A stretch of DNA of 64,000 bases. It comes from Octopus bimaculoides (Eukaryota). Positions 1 through 12,081 of the stretch are shown here, one piece after another. The stretch spans positions 90,681,444 through 90,745,443 of the forward strand of contig NC_068986.1 in NCBI RefSeq assembly GCF_001194135.2. Direction: 5' to 3'. Position 1 is the first letter of the stretch. Every line of letters starts with the position of its first letter. Both the position numbers and the translations under genes were made by a program. Below the pieces are notes generated by a model that saw only the letters and a list, made by a program, of their open reading frames with translations, was not told the origin of the DNA and searched no databases.

Positions 1-96
1 CATACACACATACATACATACGCATATATACATATGTATGTGTGTGTGTGTGTGTGTGTGTATTGCATATACTACTAAATAATAAGGTTTACTTAC

Positions 97-228
97 CCAG
101 TTCTAAATGTACGAATACTCTCGGTATATTGTTCTTTATCAGGCAGATAAATCTTACACAAAAGTTATTATGAACACCAAATTGTACGTTACCAACGTGT
201 AAGCAATTTCCTGCATTATCCCTGCAAT
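97..228 (-). CDS. Gene A coding exon 3 (4-Cys module): (Y)CRDNAGNCLHVGNVQFGVHNNFCVRFICLIKNNIPRVFVHLEL; gene continues beyond the window start
   Basis: Acceptor ttaccttttcAG and donor GTAAGT; 132 nt, phase 1-1, open frame. Same length and Cys spacing as exons 14191-14322 and 62855-62986. Confidence 0.88.
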
Positions 229-329
229 CTGAAAAGGTAACAAAAATTTAATTATGACTCGTATACGTACGAACTGAGTACATACATACAAGCATACATA
301 CATATATACATGTGTGCGTGCGTGTGTGT

Positions 330-632
330 GCATGTTGCTCAAAAGGTCCCTGAATAAGGTTTGTTTAAGGTTGATGAATGAAACACCCATGTTTCCAGAG
401 GTAAATTATTCAAACTCCAATGAATTCCTGTCAACACATGACTATGATGCTCCTCCACTACTTCTGCTCGTGATCAGAGATGTACATATCCTCAGCTACT
501 AAGGGAATGCTCAACTGGTTAAGGTTAAGCAAATGACAAGCAAATCTACGGTACTATGCAGCATATTTGCTATAGCCTATCTTTTGCATTCAGACAAAAC
601 ATGTACATGATAACACTTCCAGTCAGTTAAGA
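330..632 (-). mobile_element. Partial copy of a (TAA)n-associated interspersed repeat, probably an R4/Dong 5' region or a non-autonomous derivative
   Basis: High similarity to 37570-37860 and 39020-39320; abuts an (AAC/AAT)n tract. Confidence 0.7.
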
Positions 633-639
633 TCATCAT

Positions 640-1080
640 TATTATTGTTATTGTTGTTTTTGTTGTTGTTGTTGTATATTTCACTTTTCAGATCTCTCGA
701 TTTCACTTGTTCCAGCTAATTCTGTACGAGTGCACTTCTTGCCAAAGGTCTCACGAGGTCTTCTTCAACGGTTCTTAACATCCAAGTCTCAGTCTCAAAA
801 TCCTCGCTATTCTCAATAAAGCAGTTTTCTGAGCCATGTTCTACCCTCATGTCAATCCCAATTTCCCAAACAAATTTCTCAAACCTGGTTGTTAATGTTC
901 TTAATGCCCCTACAACTACTGGGATGACATTTATTTCCTTTATTGTCCACATTCGTGCAATCTCATATTTTAGTGGCTTGAATTTCTTAATCATTTCTAG
1001 TTCTTTATCATCCACTCATACATCTTCAGGCATGGCAATATCTATGATCTTGGTTTCCTTCATTTTTTTATCAACAACAA
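640..1080 (-). mobile_element. 3' end of an RLE-type (R4/Dong-like) non-LTR retrotransposon
   Basis: KETKIIDIAMP...DDKELE..K.KPLKYEIARMW..IPVVVGAL matches a restriction-like endonuclease C-terminus; (CAA/TAA)n tail. Confidence 0.8.
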
Positions 1081-1081
1081 C

Positions 1082-1140
1082 GGCGGCGAGCTGGTAAGTC
1101 GTTAGCACGTTCGGCAGAATGCTTAGTGGCATTTCAGAAC
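1082..1140 (+). mobile_element. Truncated tRNA-derived SINE head (family S2)
   Basis: ggcggcgagctgg...gttagcacg...aatgcttag, shared with the other S2 copies. Confidence 0.65.
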
Positions 1141-1154
1141 TTAATTTACAGTAA

Positions 1155-3303
1155 CACCGAGGAACATGAAAATTGGTCCCTGAGATATACCTTTTTTTAA
1201 GGTAAGTTTTGATCTCTGATTCTAAATACGCCATTAATTTTTTTTCATCATTTCTGGTTACTGAGATATTATATACCCCTAATTTTAATGCATACGACCA
1301 ATCGAACACTAGCACTGATATCTACAAACCATTATTTACGCCTTCTGCATTAATAAAGCGCATTCGTGCATTCATACACGTAGATTTCTTTTATTTATGA
1401 AGAATTTACATCAGAGAATAAGATAATAATGAAACAAGCATAGAAAGTTCTTTTAGATACACTGTTCATTTACTCAGATATCTCACAAAAGCGTCGCTTG
1501 AGAGACTTCTTGCGGTGAGCTGCACCATGGCAATCACTTTGAATAAACCAGCAGTAATCTGCCATCATGTGGGTATCCCAGTGTTCCTGGTACCTTTTTC
1601 CATAGTTCTTAAATCTTGGTGGAATTGCTCACCCTGCTCTTCACTTAGGTCACCAAGGTTTTCTGGGAAACGATCCAAGTGGCTGTCGAGATAATGTACC
1701 TTGATACTTATTGTACAGCCAAGTTGACGGAAGAAGATAGCATTCTCTCTACTAGCTCAAAGTAACTTTCTGCTTTATAGTTCCCAAGAAGATTCTGTAC
1801 AACCATAGTGAAAGAAGACCATGCATCTGTCTCAGCATTGCTCATTGAATCTTTGAAATGTGGATCTTTTATGTGTTCTCTGACTTGCAGACCGTCAAAA
1901 ATATCTGCCTTTAGCTTCCCCATGCTCAGCGCTGTAAATGTTTTGCATATGTATAGCCAAAGCATCACCCCTCTTTAAAAACTGATTCATTAAACCTTAT
2001 TTGATGTTTAGTGGTGGTAAAATTATCTTATTCTGGTCAACCAATGGTTCTGAAATTATATTCTTTTTTTCTAATACCAGGTTTTCTCTCAGTGGCCACA
2101 GTTTTCTCACCCAGTGCTCATCCTTATATCTACTACCCCAGAGACATATAAAGCAAGGATACTTAGTGTGTCCACTCAGCTGGCCCAGTAGAAAATTCAC
2201 TATCTTTAGATCCACACAGATTAACCACTGGTGATTGTGGTATGATATCTCCGGTAAGACCAGGGCAATTGTGTTTTGCTCCTCAGTCATCTTAGTTGAG
2301 TGACCAATTGGGACTGATCGATATTTATTTCAGTTGTGTAGAAGTACACATTTTAATCTCCGCTTAGAACTGGCTGTGAACAGCCACCATTTGCTTGGTA
2401 GATATTGTGATAAACCCATTTTCTTCGGCAAGCTTTGAACGTTGTTGCAAAAACCAAAATCACTTTCCTCCGAGAAGAACGCCAGCAAATCTCTTTCTCT
2501 ATTGCGATAGTATGTGATTTTGGTTTCCGAATGCAATAAATTCTTCTTTGCTAGTCTAGACGCCAACAATTCTGCTGATTTCTTTGAAAGATTTAGCTCC
2601 CTAACGAGGTCATTGAGCTCCGGTTGATTAAAAACTTGTGCCACTGATGAGATCCCTTCAAAATCACTGGCATCATAACTACTGTTTACAGGTGAAGAAC
2701 AAGATTAATTTTCTTCAAGAAGCTCTTCTAGATTAATGAATGATGAAATTGATATTTCATCTGAGTGTACAATAAGTCGTTTTACCGAGTCTAAGTCAGG
2801 ATACATGCATTTACTCTGATCACCCCCATTAATGCCCTTTATGTTAACCAGACAGAAGTAACAATCTTCACTGTGATTCCTCTGTTCTCTCCACGCCATA
2901 GGTATACCAAATTTCAGACATTTCCTCATACCATTTAACCACTGCCGAAGGTGCTCAATACAAGTTTTACAGACAATGTGTGGAGCCCATATCTTATCTT
3001 GGTCCCCTAGTTTTATTTTGAAATAGCTTAAGTATGCCCTTTACACAAAATCAGAAATGGATTTTTTCTGGTACCTGAATGTATATTCAAGTATTTGTCA
3101 AATACATTACAGACCATTTCTAATTCTATAATACCCCCGTTGACGGCCTATCCTAGATACATGTGTGAGCAGCTGTACATTATCTCAAAAAGTAGAGCTG
3201 CTAGAAAGAAATGAAGGACATATTCTTATTTGGAGTCAATATACCTAAAATCAGGCCTAAAACCTGAGGCACCAAAAAAATTGTTTTCATTTGTTCCCCA
3301 GTG
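1155..3303 (-). mobile_element. Full-length decayed Chapaev3-type (CMC) DNA transposon
   Basis: Termini CACCGAGGAACA / CACTGGGGAACA with TAA on both flanks. Fragmented transposase motifs: WREQRNHSEDCYFC, FNQPELNDLVRELNLSK, GHTKYPCFICLW, LPPLNIK, KADIFDG. The family name is from recalled similarity. Confidence 0.78.
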
Positions 3304-4242
3304 TAATATATAACATAGGGTATTAGAGGGGCTAGCAATTCAGAAATTAATCTAAAAAGATAATTTGCTTAACTTGAATATAACAGAGTGGAATTGGTTT
3401 CATGAAAGGATATTAAATTGAAAAAATAAGTTTAATAAATAAAATACATATATAATATACATAAAAGTAAAACATGATAATGATAGAGAAAAATCGTGGA
3501 AAACATTTAAAGTTCCCTCACACGAATGAGAAACCGTTGTGTAGGTCAGTGAAATATTGATCCTACTTATAACTAGATCTTCAAATAAAGATTAAACATT
3601 CTTACTTTTTTGAGCGTTTATCTCTTTCTCATTTCTATACATATTCTTTTCGTGCTTTCTTTTCCTAACAGTCCCGATGTAAAACCTGCTTGTTTAATGA
3701 ATGGTACTTATGTGTCTCTAAACATCCATCATTCCTGAAAACCCATTCTGCAATATTTTCGATTAAAAATTGAATATATAGAATTTCCTGTCTGTATATT
3801 TCGTCCCCATATTAACGTTTTCCACTTACATCGACCATATTTTCCGGAATATTAGTCGAATTATTCAGACAAAAATTTACAGCCAAAAAAGATAGACCGA
3901 CTTACACACCAAGACGATTTTGAAAGGTAAAAAATTCCATGTGAAATGCAGCAGGATTTGGAAAGGCAGTGACGAGGTTTGAATGTTTATATTGCATGTT
4001 TACTAAACCGTATACTAAACTGACTTGTATACAACGATTTATAAATGCGAGAAATAACTTTGAAAATATATTTTCAATAATTCAAAAGGCTAACAATCTG
4101 AGATGAAATCAGGAACTAGTAATTAAAATCGCAATAGACATTAAGTATTTAAGAAATTATATATAAAAACAAAACTAATGGTAAACGAAACAAATAGTTT
4201 GAGAGATCAATTACGTGACATAAATATTTCAGTCTTACTTAC

Positions 4243-4365
4243 ATTGTTGAAGAACATTGATTATGCCCCCAACACACTCTATCTTCATACAGCTATACGC
4301 TCTTCTATATACACCTGTTGTACCATTACAAATACACATTCCTGCTGCATAACATCCATTACATC
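4243..4365 (-). CDS. Gene A coding exon 2 (6-Cys module): (G)CNGCYAAGMCICNGTTGVYRRAYSCMKIECVGGIINVLQQ
   Basis: Acceptor tttttcttacAG and donor GTAAGT; 123 nt, phase 1-1, open. Paralogous to 19942-20061 and 59741-59863. Confidence 0.9.
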
Positions 4366-4914
4366 CTGTAAGAAAAATCGAAATGTTGTTTACGTGAGGA
4401 GTGAAGCAGTATTCTATGGCATAATTTGAAAGAAAGTTCCAGAGGCATAGAATAATTTTCTAATATTTTGAGAAAAATCATATGGACGGCTTATGAATAT
4501 TGACTTAGGAGGAACATCTGCTAAAGACATAAAAGGAAAATAATCACAGGTTAGTTGTAAGTTTGCAATATAACACTTTTTTAACACAACTGTATGTAAG
4601 AAATCTAAAATGCTTATTTACATAAGAGAGATGTCTACTGTTTGAATCCAGACAAGTACGCCAGAAAACCATTCTATACATGCGTTAGTAATTATGCTTT
4701 TATGCAAAGTTATGTTTTGGAAAGAGACTGTTAAATGTGGCTATTAAAATGTGAATTATTTCTTTATTGAATAAGCGTTTAAGCTTTATTTCCCGTAAGA
4801 TTCGGAGAAATATCTGGAGGGTTTTAAATATTAGCTGGGCGCATATCAGTGTCTTATAAAGTCAACTCAGTGGTATGAATAGACAATCAGTAATCTATGA
4901 ATATTGAAACATAC

Positions 4915-4990
4915 CTGTATGATTATATGAAATCACAACAACAATTATTGGAAGTAGAAGAAAAATCAAAACTCTCAGAAATATATACAT
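4915..4990 (-). CDS. Gene A coding exon 1, signal peptide: MYIFLRVLIFLLLPIIVVVISYNHT(G)
   Basis: ATG directly after acceptor tacAG; hydrophobic core; donor GTATGT; phase 1 joins exon 4243-4365 in frame. Confidence 0.88.
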
Positions 4991-5155
4991 CTGTAAAGTA
5001 GAGTAAACAAACGAAAATTTATTCGCTTTATTTTTCATAGTATTAATAATAAATAACTTCTATAAAGGAGTACCTCTTGAGTATGTCTAATAATTTATCT
5101 GTCAAAGTACACTTTTAAATATTTGGATAATATATATGTATTTTCCTGTTCATAC

Positions 5156-5265
5156 TGGCACGATCACTTCAGGTGATGTCACAGTGCGTGTTATCTAATA
5201 AAACTTCAATCAACAGAACAAAAATACGTTTTTAAAGAAGCTTCAAGACACTACCATCAAGGTAT
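5156..5265 (-). other. Probable 5' non-coding exon / proximal promoter block of gene A
   Basis: Donor GTATGA at 5155 gives a 165-nt intron to the ATG exon, the same length as in gene C. The block is homologous to about 57760-57871. The 5' boundary is uncertain. Confidence 0.55.
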
Positions 5266-5429
5266 TTACCAATGTAAGTATTTTAAATCAAGTGTACTGT
5301 CATTCTACAGAAAAGTGTTTTAATTGATAGCATGGGAAAATGGTATGCATCAATATATGCATAGAAATGTGCATTGTAATCAGCGCAGAAACGAAGAAAC
5401 CCGTCTATCTCTTACTCCGTCTAGATCAC

Positions 5430-6420
5430 AGACTAACCATTTCTGACTCCCGAGTAATCTGACGGTATAATAAAACCCATCATTTTCACTCTTGTCTTTA
5501 ATTTCTTGTAAATGAACTGAAACTCGTCTGCTGTTATTGTGAGTACTGCTACTGGCAGTATTTTAACTAATTTTATAATTAATCCTTTGATTTTCCTGGT
5601 GAGAGTTACTTTTTCTCTCCTGGAAACCAATTCCTTATTTTTTTTTTTTTTTTTCAGTTTTTTCAGAAATATCTTTTCAACATGTGTTAATGGCTGTATC
5701 TTCAAACTTCTAACACTTTGTTTTTAGTTAAGAAAGCGTGATAGATCATGTTTAATTGCTTTGTGCAGATCGATGTTGTCAAATGAACATGCTGGGCTGA
5801 GTGTGGTTGATTTAGTTTTGGTATTTTGGAAAATACAATTGTAGAGTACTGTGTTATGGTTAAAGGGAAAAGTTTGCTTAATTGAGATATTATGGTTGGT
5901 TTCAGAGTGACCGCGATACTAGATACAATACATTTTTACTGTTATTTTCGGTTAAAGTACAAACTGAGATGTGAAAAAAAAAACCATCGATAAATTTAAA
6001 TAGCAACTCTGCAGCTGCTTTGTCTGCAGTTGAGACGCAATTCATGATTTCAAAGGGTTTGTAGATTCATCTACACAGAAAAGGTTGAAAATGTCCATCA
6101 TTATTATGTTTTCAAAATTGCATAAGTGACTGAAGGATTCGATTCAGATGCGGCACAGTTGGAAGCACAGGGGAGACATACGTAGAGATCTGCAGACATC
6201 AACTATAGTTAAGTCATTTACTTTATTGTAGACAGATACAGATTCACAGTAAATGTGGGAAAATATGTCCTTTATGTCAACTGTAAAGGAATCAAGGAGA
6301 AAAACCAGCAACTCCTCTGATGAAACATTTCCAGAGTTATGATTCTTAAACATCGGGCAAGAGTGTCATTTTAAACAATTCATTTTCTTTAGGCTTCTGA
6401 CATCACGTATTGTAGCATCC
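5430..6420 (-). mobile_element. Heavily decayed coding-like relic, possibly a large DNA-transposon transposase
   Basis: Protein-like ORF pieces (6144-6353, 5433-5705) and an FDNID-like motif; no intact frame and no termini found. Confidence 0.2.
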
Positions 6421-6844
6421 GCATTACTATTGCCATACAAGACGCTTGAGGGAAATTTGGTGAGAAACTTTGCACATTCAGTCTAAGGTTTGGAATAAGT
6501 GAATGCTGCAAGTCAAGTGCTATGAAGTTACCATTAATACTCAGGTTGTTAAGCAAACGGTGATGATGAACATCAAAAGAAATTGATTTTAATCTTAGAA
6601 AACCGTGCTGATGATAAAATGTGAGACATCAGCGGCGACGAAAATCTAGCAAGAACAGCATCTGTGTCCTACGTCTAGAGTTATGGAGTGTCTGCCGAAA
6701 ATTGTTCTTCCAATGATAACTAGCATATGTAAGTCAATTTGAGGTTGACTTGTAGAATGAAATTGATCCCAGTGTAGGTTCCTCTGAGATAAAAGTGATC
6801 ACTTATTTTGTGGTAAATAAACGTCAATATTGCTTTCTGTCTCT

Positions 6845-7045
6845 CGTATATTGGTTTCAAATTTTGGTACAAGGTCAGCAATTTCGGAGGAGGGGATAAG
6901 TCGATTACATCGACCCCAGTACTTATTTTATCAACTGGTACTCAGTTTATCGATTCCGAAAGGATGAAAGGCAAAATCGACCCCGTAAGAATCTGAACTC
7001 AGAACGTAAAGCGTTTCATGCAGCGTGCTAATGTTTCTGATAGTT
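6845..7045 (-). mobile_element. SINE family S2
   Basis: Reverse complement of ...tttgcctttcatcctttcgg..tcgataa...gtaccagt...ggggtcgatgtaatcgac core. Confidence 0.8.
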
Positions 7046-8439
7046 TGTCGCCTTGTTTCTCTCATATATTAATATAAACGAGAAGTTATTCGAAAATGTT
7101 CATGGATGATTGCACTCTTTAGTTTGGTTATTAAATTCCTAATGGTACAAGTGAAGTTCGGCAAGAATATATGCAGCTTGGAGAACAAATACTGGGTGGA
7201 TTAAAGTCTTCAACGTTGTTATAATTCTTTAAACTTCTCATTTTCATTTTGTCGTGAAGAAATGTGTGTGGCTGTTCTGTGCGTTTTATGAATAAGTCCT
7301 TTAAGATCTCGTATGGTTAGTATATCGCTAATGAGACGATAATGTTGCAAAATTCTATGGTGAATACAAAGGAGTGGTTTGCAGTAATATATATTCTAAT
7401 TTCCTGTTAGCACTTCGTGATACTCCAAATTGCAAATTATCCATCTGCGAGCGAACACAAACGTACAGTGTCTGCAGATTAAAAGAAAGGGAGCTTTAGA
7501 GTAATTATTGCTATGATAGCATCAGTCGTGTTTATAGATTGGAATCTGACTGAATAATAGTTAGATCGGAGGAGGATCCTTAGATCCTCTTAGGGGTAAA
7601 TTAATGAGAAACATTAAGGTAAAAATCAGTAACAACTGGCACTAAGGAAAAATGTCTCGTTGCGTTTGCCAATAAAGTGCATTTCAGGATATGCTGCCTT
7701 CTAACACAGACAATACAAATGTTGGTTGGTTGGAAACAAAATTACAATAGTTCAATGGAAACCTTAAAAAGCCCAATTAATCATCTCGTGTTTTAACTAT
7801 AAAAATATAATTCTATTCAAATAGAAGCAAACTGCAACGGAATCGTATTGCAGTCGAATGCTACATCCAGTCCTTATGTATCTGAAGTGATTCAGATATT
7901 TGATATTCTAGATATTTCTTAATATTTTCATATAATACTGTTAGATGATGACTTTGTTAGTTTCTCTTTTTTCACCTGGATCTTATGCATGTATATGTAT
8001 ATCTCCAACTTTAGGGAATGGAGTAGATAAAATCCAGGCTGCATATGTTTCTTAGCTAACGGAATCTCGGAAGTAGTAATTGCCCAAACGAGGGGTACTC
8101 CGTTAACTACTCATCAGACCAAAGATACCTTAGTCAAATGAAGGTTACATTTTCGTCAAGGGACCCCATGTTAACTCGCTGGAGATTTGAGCGATTCTCC
8201 TGCGAGTTATATCTACTCCGTTCCCTAAATTTGAATTTTTATTCGCATACAAATCAACCCCAGTTGCTAACCATGAACTATAAAATAACTTTTCCCCAGC
8301 TTATCGAACTTCGATATGGGAAACATTTGCAACCTTCTATGTCAATAAACCACTATTGTTCCTGAAAGTTGCTTTTTATACCTTATACGAACTGCTTCAA
8401 GCTTACTAACTTCCTACACCTTGATCTTTGGATCTTACC

Positions 8440-8442
<3 letters not shown>

Positions 8443-8514
<72 letters not shown>
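8443..8514. repeat. (CA)n microsatellite, representative of many (CA)n, (TA)n, (TACA)n, (ATT)n and (CTTT)n tracts
   Basis: Direct reading; most N gaps are bordered by such tracts. Confidence 0.95.
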
Positions 8515-8516
<2 letters not shown>

Positions 8517-9399
8517 GATAGATCTAGTCTTTGTTATATCCATGGATAATACTCTGAATGAAAATCAAACCATAAGAAAGAGAAATGAAACTATCATATT
8601 CCAGCAAAACAATGTTAAGATGAGTCATGTGTCTCATGAATAATAGTTATATACACGTAATACTGCCATTCTCTTAAATCATTCGATACTGAAGCGAGCT
8701 GGAACTATACATTATGATATTCCACAGTTTCACTTACCTTATGATCTTGAAGATGGCCCTATGTTCAGAAGTAGAGAACGATAGAAGTTAATTTTCAAAT
8801 ACCACTGAAAATCTGGCAGTTGCAAACACCAGCTGCTATTAAGCAGTTATAACTGAAATTCGCAATTGCTTCTTAATGATTCTGCATCACCTGTCATTTC
8901 GATTTATTATGTGAGTCTCGAAGCTAAAAACTACGTATCTACTTTATCTTTTTTTTTTTGTTAGTTTCATCATTTTTTTTTTTTTTTTTTTTTTTTTTTA
9001 GTTTTTGTTAGTTAGGAGGCGGCTAGATCAATGGCCTCCGCGATCTTTCCTGCTCTGGTAGGACCGAGGTGGTTCATGTTCCCTTCTGAATAGTTGCGAG
9101 TTGATGACTGCACAGATAATATTTTAAGCAAGAGAATTCTCGATAGCTGACGATCTGAGGAGGAAAGACCGCATATCGTTGTTAAGACGAGGTTTTTAAC
9201 AGACAAAAAGATTGAGTTGGGAGTGCCTGAGTGGTGATGATACTAAGCTTCGAGGAAACCGAATGTTTGTGGGCTAGAGATTGGAGTGTACTGATGACTG
9301 ACATTAGCAGCTTGTTTTGGTATGTAGCATATGATGTATGCATGTGCAGCAGTAGTACTGTGCCAGATGCTGGAACATTCAGCATCTCCATGTGACACT

Positions 9400-9760
9400 C
9401 ACATAATTTGTTGACGCTACCGTGTTGTTCATGACCTAAGTAGGCGATATTGTCGAAGTCTGTATTTAAGGCGTTTATTTTTTGTCATCACACCGAATAT
9501 TCCAGTTATCATTTGTACTGTGTTCGCCTTCATGCCCCACATCTTGAATAATTCACTTTTAAAATATTAGTATTTTGACAGGTTCCACTTCTTTCCATCG
9601 GATTAAGATGTCACTCAGTGTACACATTTCCCCCTCCAATCCTTGATTACCATGTATAAATAGTTTCCTTTGATCTCTCCGTTAGTTTAGACAGACATAT
9701 CCCAGATGATTGTGATTTGTAAGTCAGTACGTCTTACTAAAGAATGATATCTGCGAGTCC
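9400..9760 (-). mobile_element. Decayed RLE (R4/Dong-like) C-terminal fragment
   Basis: TIIWDMSV.TNGEIK and KMWGMKANTVQMITGIFGV across frameshifts. Confidence 0.5.
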
Positions 9761-10287
9761 TGAGGCTGGCGGAGAAGCGGTGATACTTGCTTAATGATCT
9801 CAGTGCATTAAATTTGAATGTGGTAGTTTTTAGCGAGATGAGGATTTTCGAAGCACGCACAGTTGCCTCCTTTCAGGTCAACTAAAGATGTAAACCTCTT
9901 TCGGTAGCCTGATGTTAGTCGGTAATCCTGAGCGAGAGTAGCAGTAAATATGGTAATGTTTTTAGACGGATGACTTTTTATTCCCCAACAAGCACTGGAC
10001 GACCGGAAATCCTTAGATGATAATACAATCTTTGGAACATCAAACTTTTTTATGTTAAATGTCACCTAACGCACGCAGGGATAGGGGTCGTTGTAATCCG
10101 TGAAATTCACTTCATTCGCTTCTCGACTTTCCAGCAAGATAGTGTTTAAAGCATTCTGAATTAGAATTTGAACTCTGTTAGGTCACACGTATCATACTCC
10201 TATCATTTCTTTTAATTAAAATGTTGGATTTGCAACTTCTCGAGATACATGTTCTACTTCAGTTTCCTCCATTATACGGTATTGATC

Positions 10288-10670
10288 GTGGAGGCGCAAT
10301 GGCCCAGTGGTTAGGGCAGCGGACTCGCGGTCATAGGATCGCGGTTTCGATTCCCAGACCGGACGTTGTGAGTGTTTATTGAGCGAAAACACCTAAAAGC
10401 TCCACGAGGCTCCGGCAGGGGATGGTGGCGAACCCTGCTGTATTCTTTCACCACAACTTTCTCTTACTTCCTGTTTCTGTTGTACCTGTAATTCAAAGGG
10501 TCAGCCTTGTCACACTGTGTCACGCTGAATATCCCCGAGAACTATGTTAAAAGTACACGTGTCTGTGGAGTGCTCAGCCACTTGCATGTTAATTTAACGA
10601 GCAGGCTGTTCCGTTGATCGGATCAACTGGAACCCTCGACGTCGTAAGCGACGGAGTGCCAACAACAACA
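10288..10670 (+). mobile_element. Full-length tRNA-derived SINE (family S1) with 12-bp TSD
   Basis: A-box TGGCCCAGTGG, B-box GGTTTCGATTCC, (AAC)n tail; acggtattgatc duplicated on both sides. Confidence 0.92.
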
Positions 10671-10796
10671 ACGGTATTGATCATTCAATACAGTATCTAA
10701 TATTCTTCCTTTTGAGGCTCCAGATAAATTTACTTAATGAAGTGGAAGTGAAGTTGTTAAATGAAGATTTGTGATTATATATGATATTATAACATA

Positions 10797-11476
10797 ATAA
10801 TTATTAGGGTGGAGTGAAAATAAAGAATTGTAGAAATTGAAAATGCTTGAGAGCTAAAATGTTGCTATATTTGATTATTAGAAAAATGCTAAATTTTCGC
10901 TGCGATCAACCAAGGGCATTTACTCCTTCAAGCCCCCTAAACTCCGAAAATGGGGGATTTTTGTAAACTTTTTACAATAGCGGAGTTTAGGGGGTTGAGG
11001 GAGTAAATGCCCTTGACTGATCTAAGCGAAAATTTAGCATTTTTCTAGTAATAATATGTAGCAAGATTTTAGGTCTCAGGCATTTTCAATTTTCACAATT
11101 TTTTATTTACACTTTACCCTAGATTACATAATCTGCCTACACGCACACATGTGTTTTAGAGTGGAGTGAAAATAAAAAATTGAAAATGCCTGAGACCTAA
11201 AATCTTGTTATATATTATTATCAGAAAAACGTTAAATTTTCGATTAGATCAGTCAACGGCATTTACTCCCTTGAACCCCACAAACTCCGCTATTGTAAAA
11301 GTTTACAAAAATCACCCATTTTCGGAGTTTATGGGGGGCTTGAGAGAGTAAACGCTCTTGATTGATTGCAGCGAAAATTTAGCATTTTTCTAGCAACTAA
11401 ATATAGCAACATTTTAGCCCTCAGGCATTTTCAATTTCTACTATTTTAAAAATTTTCACAACACCCTAATAATTAT
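10797..11476. mobile_element. Double foldback MITE: two ~315-bp palindromic units in inverted orientation
   Basis: Unit 1 is 10805-11121 and unit 2 is 11157-11468, each self-complementary; outer ends ataattattagggt / accctaataattat. Confidence 0.8.
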
Positions 11477-11590
11477 ATAATATCATAGAGACAAGAAAGA
11501 AATATTCCGAACGCAATATAGCCGTCAAGACAGCAGAAAAATTGGGCATTTTACCCTTATATGACGGAAGAAGTTGTCAGCAGACAACCA

Positions 11591-11654
11591 CGGGACTCGA
11601 ACCCGCACCTCCCAAATACCGGCTGAGTACTCTACCAATTAATCTAAACTGCCC
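11591..11654 (-). pseudogene. tRNA-like sequence (degenerate; probably a SINE head or tRNA pseudogene)
   Basis: A-box-like TAGATTAATTGGTAG and T-arm GCGGG-TTCGAGT-CCCGT; acceptor and anticodon stems are poor (loop would read GGT). Confidence 0.5.
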
Positions 11655-12081
11655 GCTGAAAACAATTTCCGTCAAATTGACGCTAAATACATAGCATCTT
11701 TTAAAATACAGCAACATATGTAAACAAACTTTTTTGTTTTTGGAAGCATCGAATGTGTATCGTATCATACAGACAAGAAAGTAATATTTCGAACGCAGAA
11801 TATGACAATATGTTGGTTGTGTCAGTTACGACAGTCCATAACCAACATATTGTCGAAAAGAATCGAATTTGAAAACAAACTCACACAACCCCACACACAC
11901 ATGCAAATATAATTGAACGACTAGGAAGGAATCGTCAACTGGTTAATTACTACTGATGCTACAATTTAGGGTCTAATAACAGCAAAGGGACTTCTCATCA
12001 AAGGTTTTTGCCAGTGAAGATGTTGATGCAGACCGTCAGTCAGCGTATCTATGCTTTTTAATACTTTTATGTCGCACGCTG

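Noticed and set aside
4780-5261. Apparent decayed two-exon module on the + strand (also 20820-20931 and minus 57760-58260) with GTAAGT donors
   Set aside because: It is the antisense view of the real signal-peptide exons: the apparent donor is the reverse complement of the true acceptor ACTTACAG. Those antisense frames contain stops, whereas the sense frames are clean signal peptides.
7400-7476. Strong minus-strand acceptor (ctttcttttaatctgcAG) as an alternative last exon of gene B
   Set aside because: The in-phase reading stops after 11 codons with a single Cys, there is no paralogous support, and it lies beyond the conserved upstream module of gene A.
8010-8229. 20-bp inverted repeat pair (19/20 match)
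   Set aside because: No internal symmetry, TSD or second copy was seen; insufficient to call an element.
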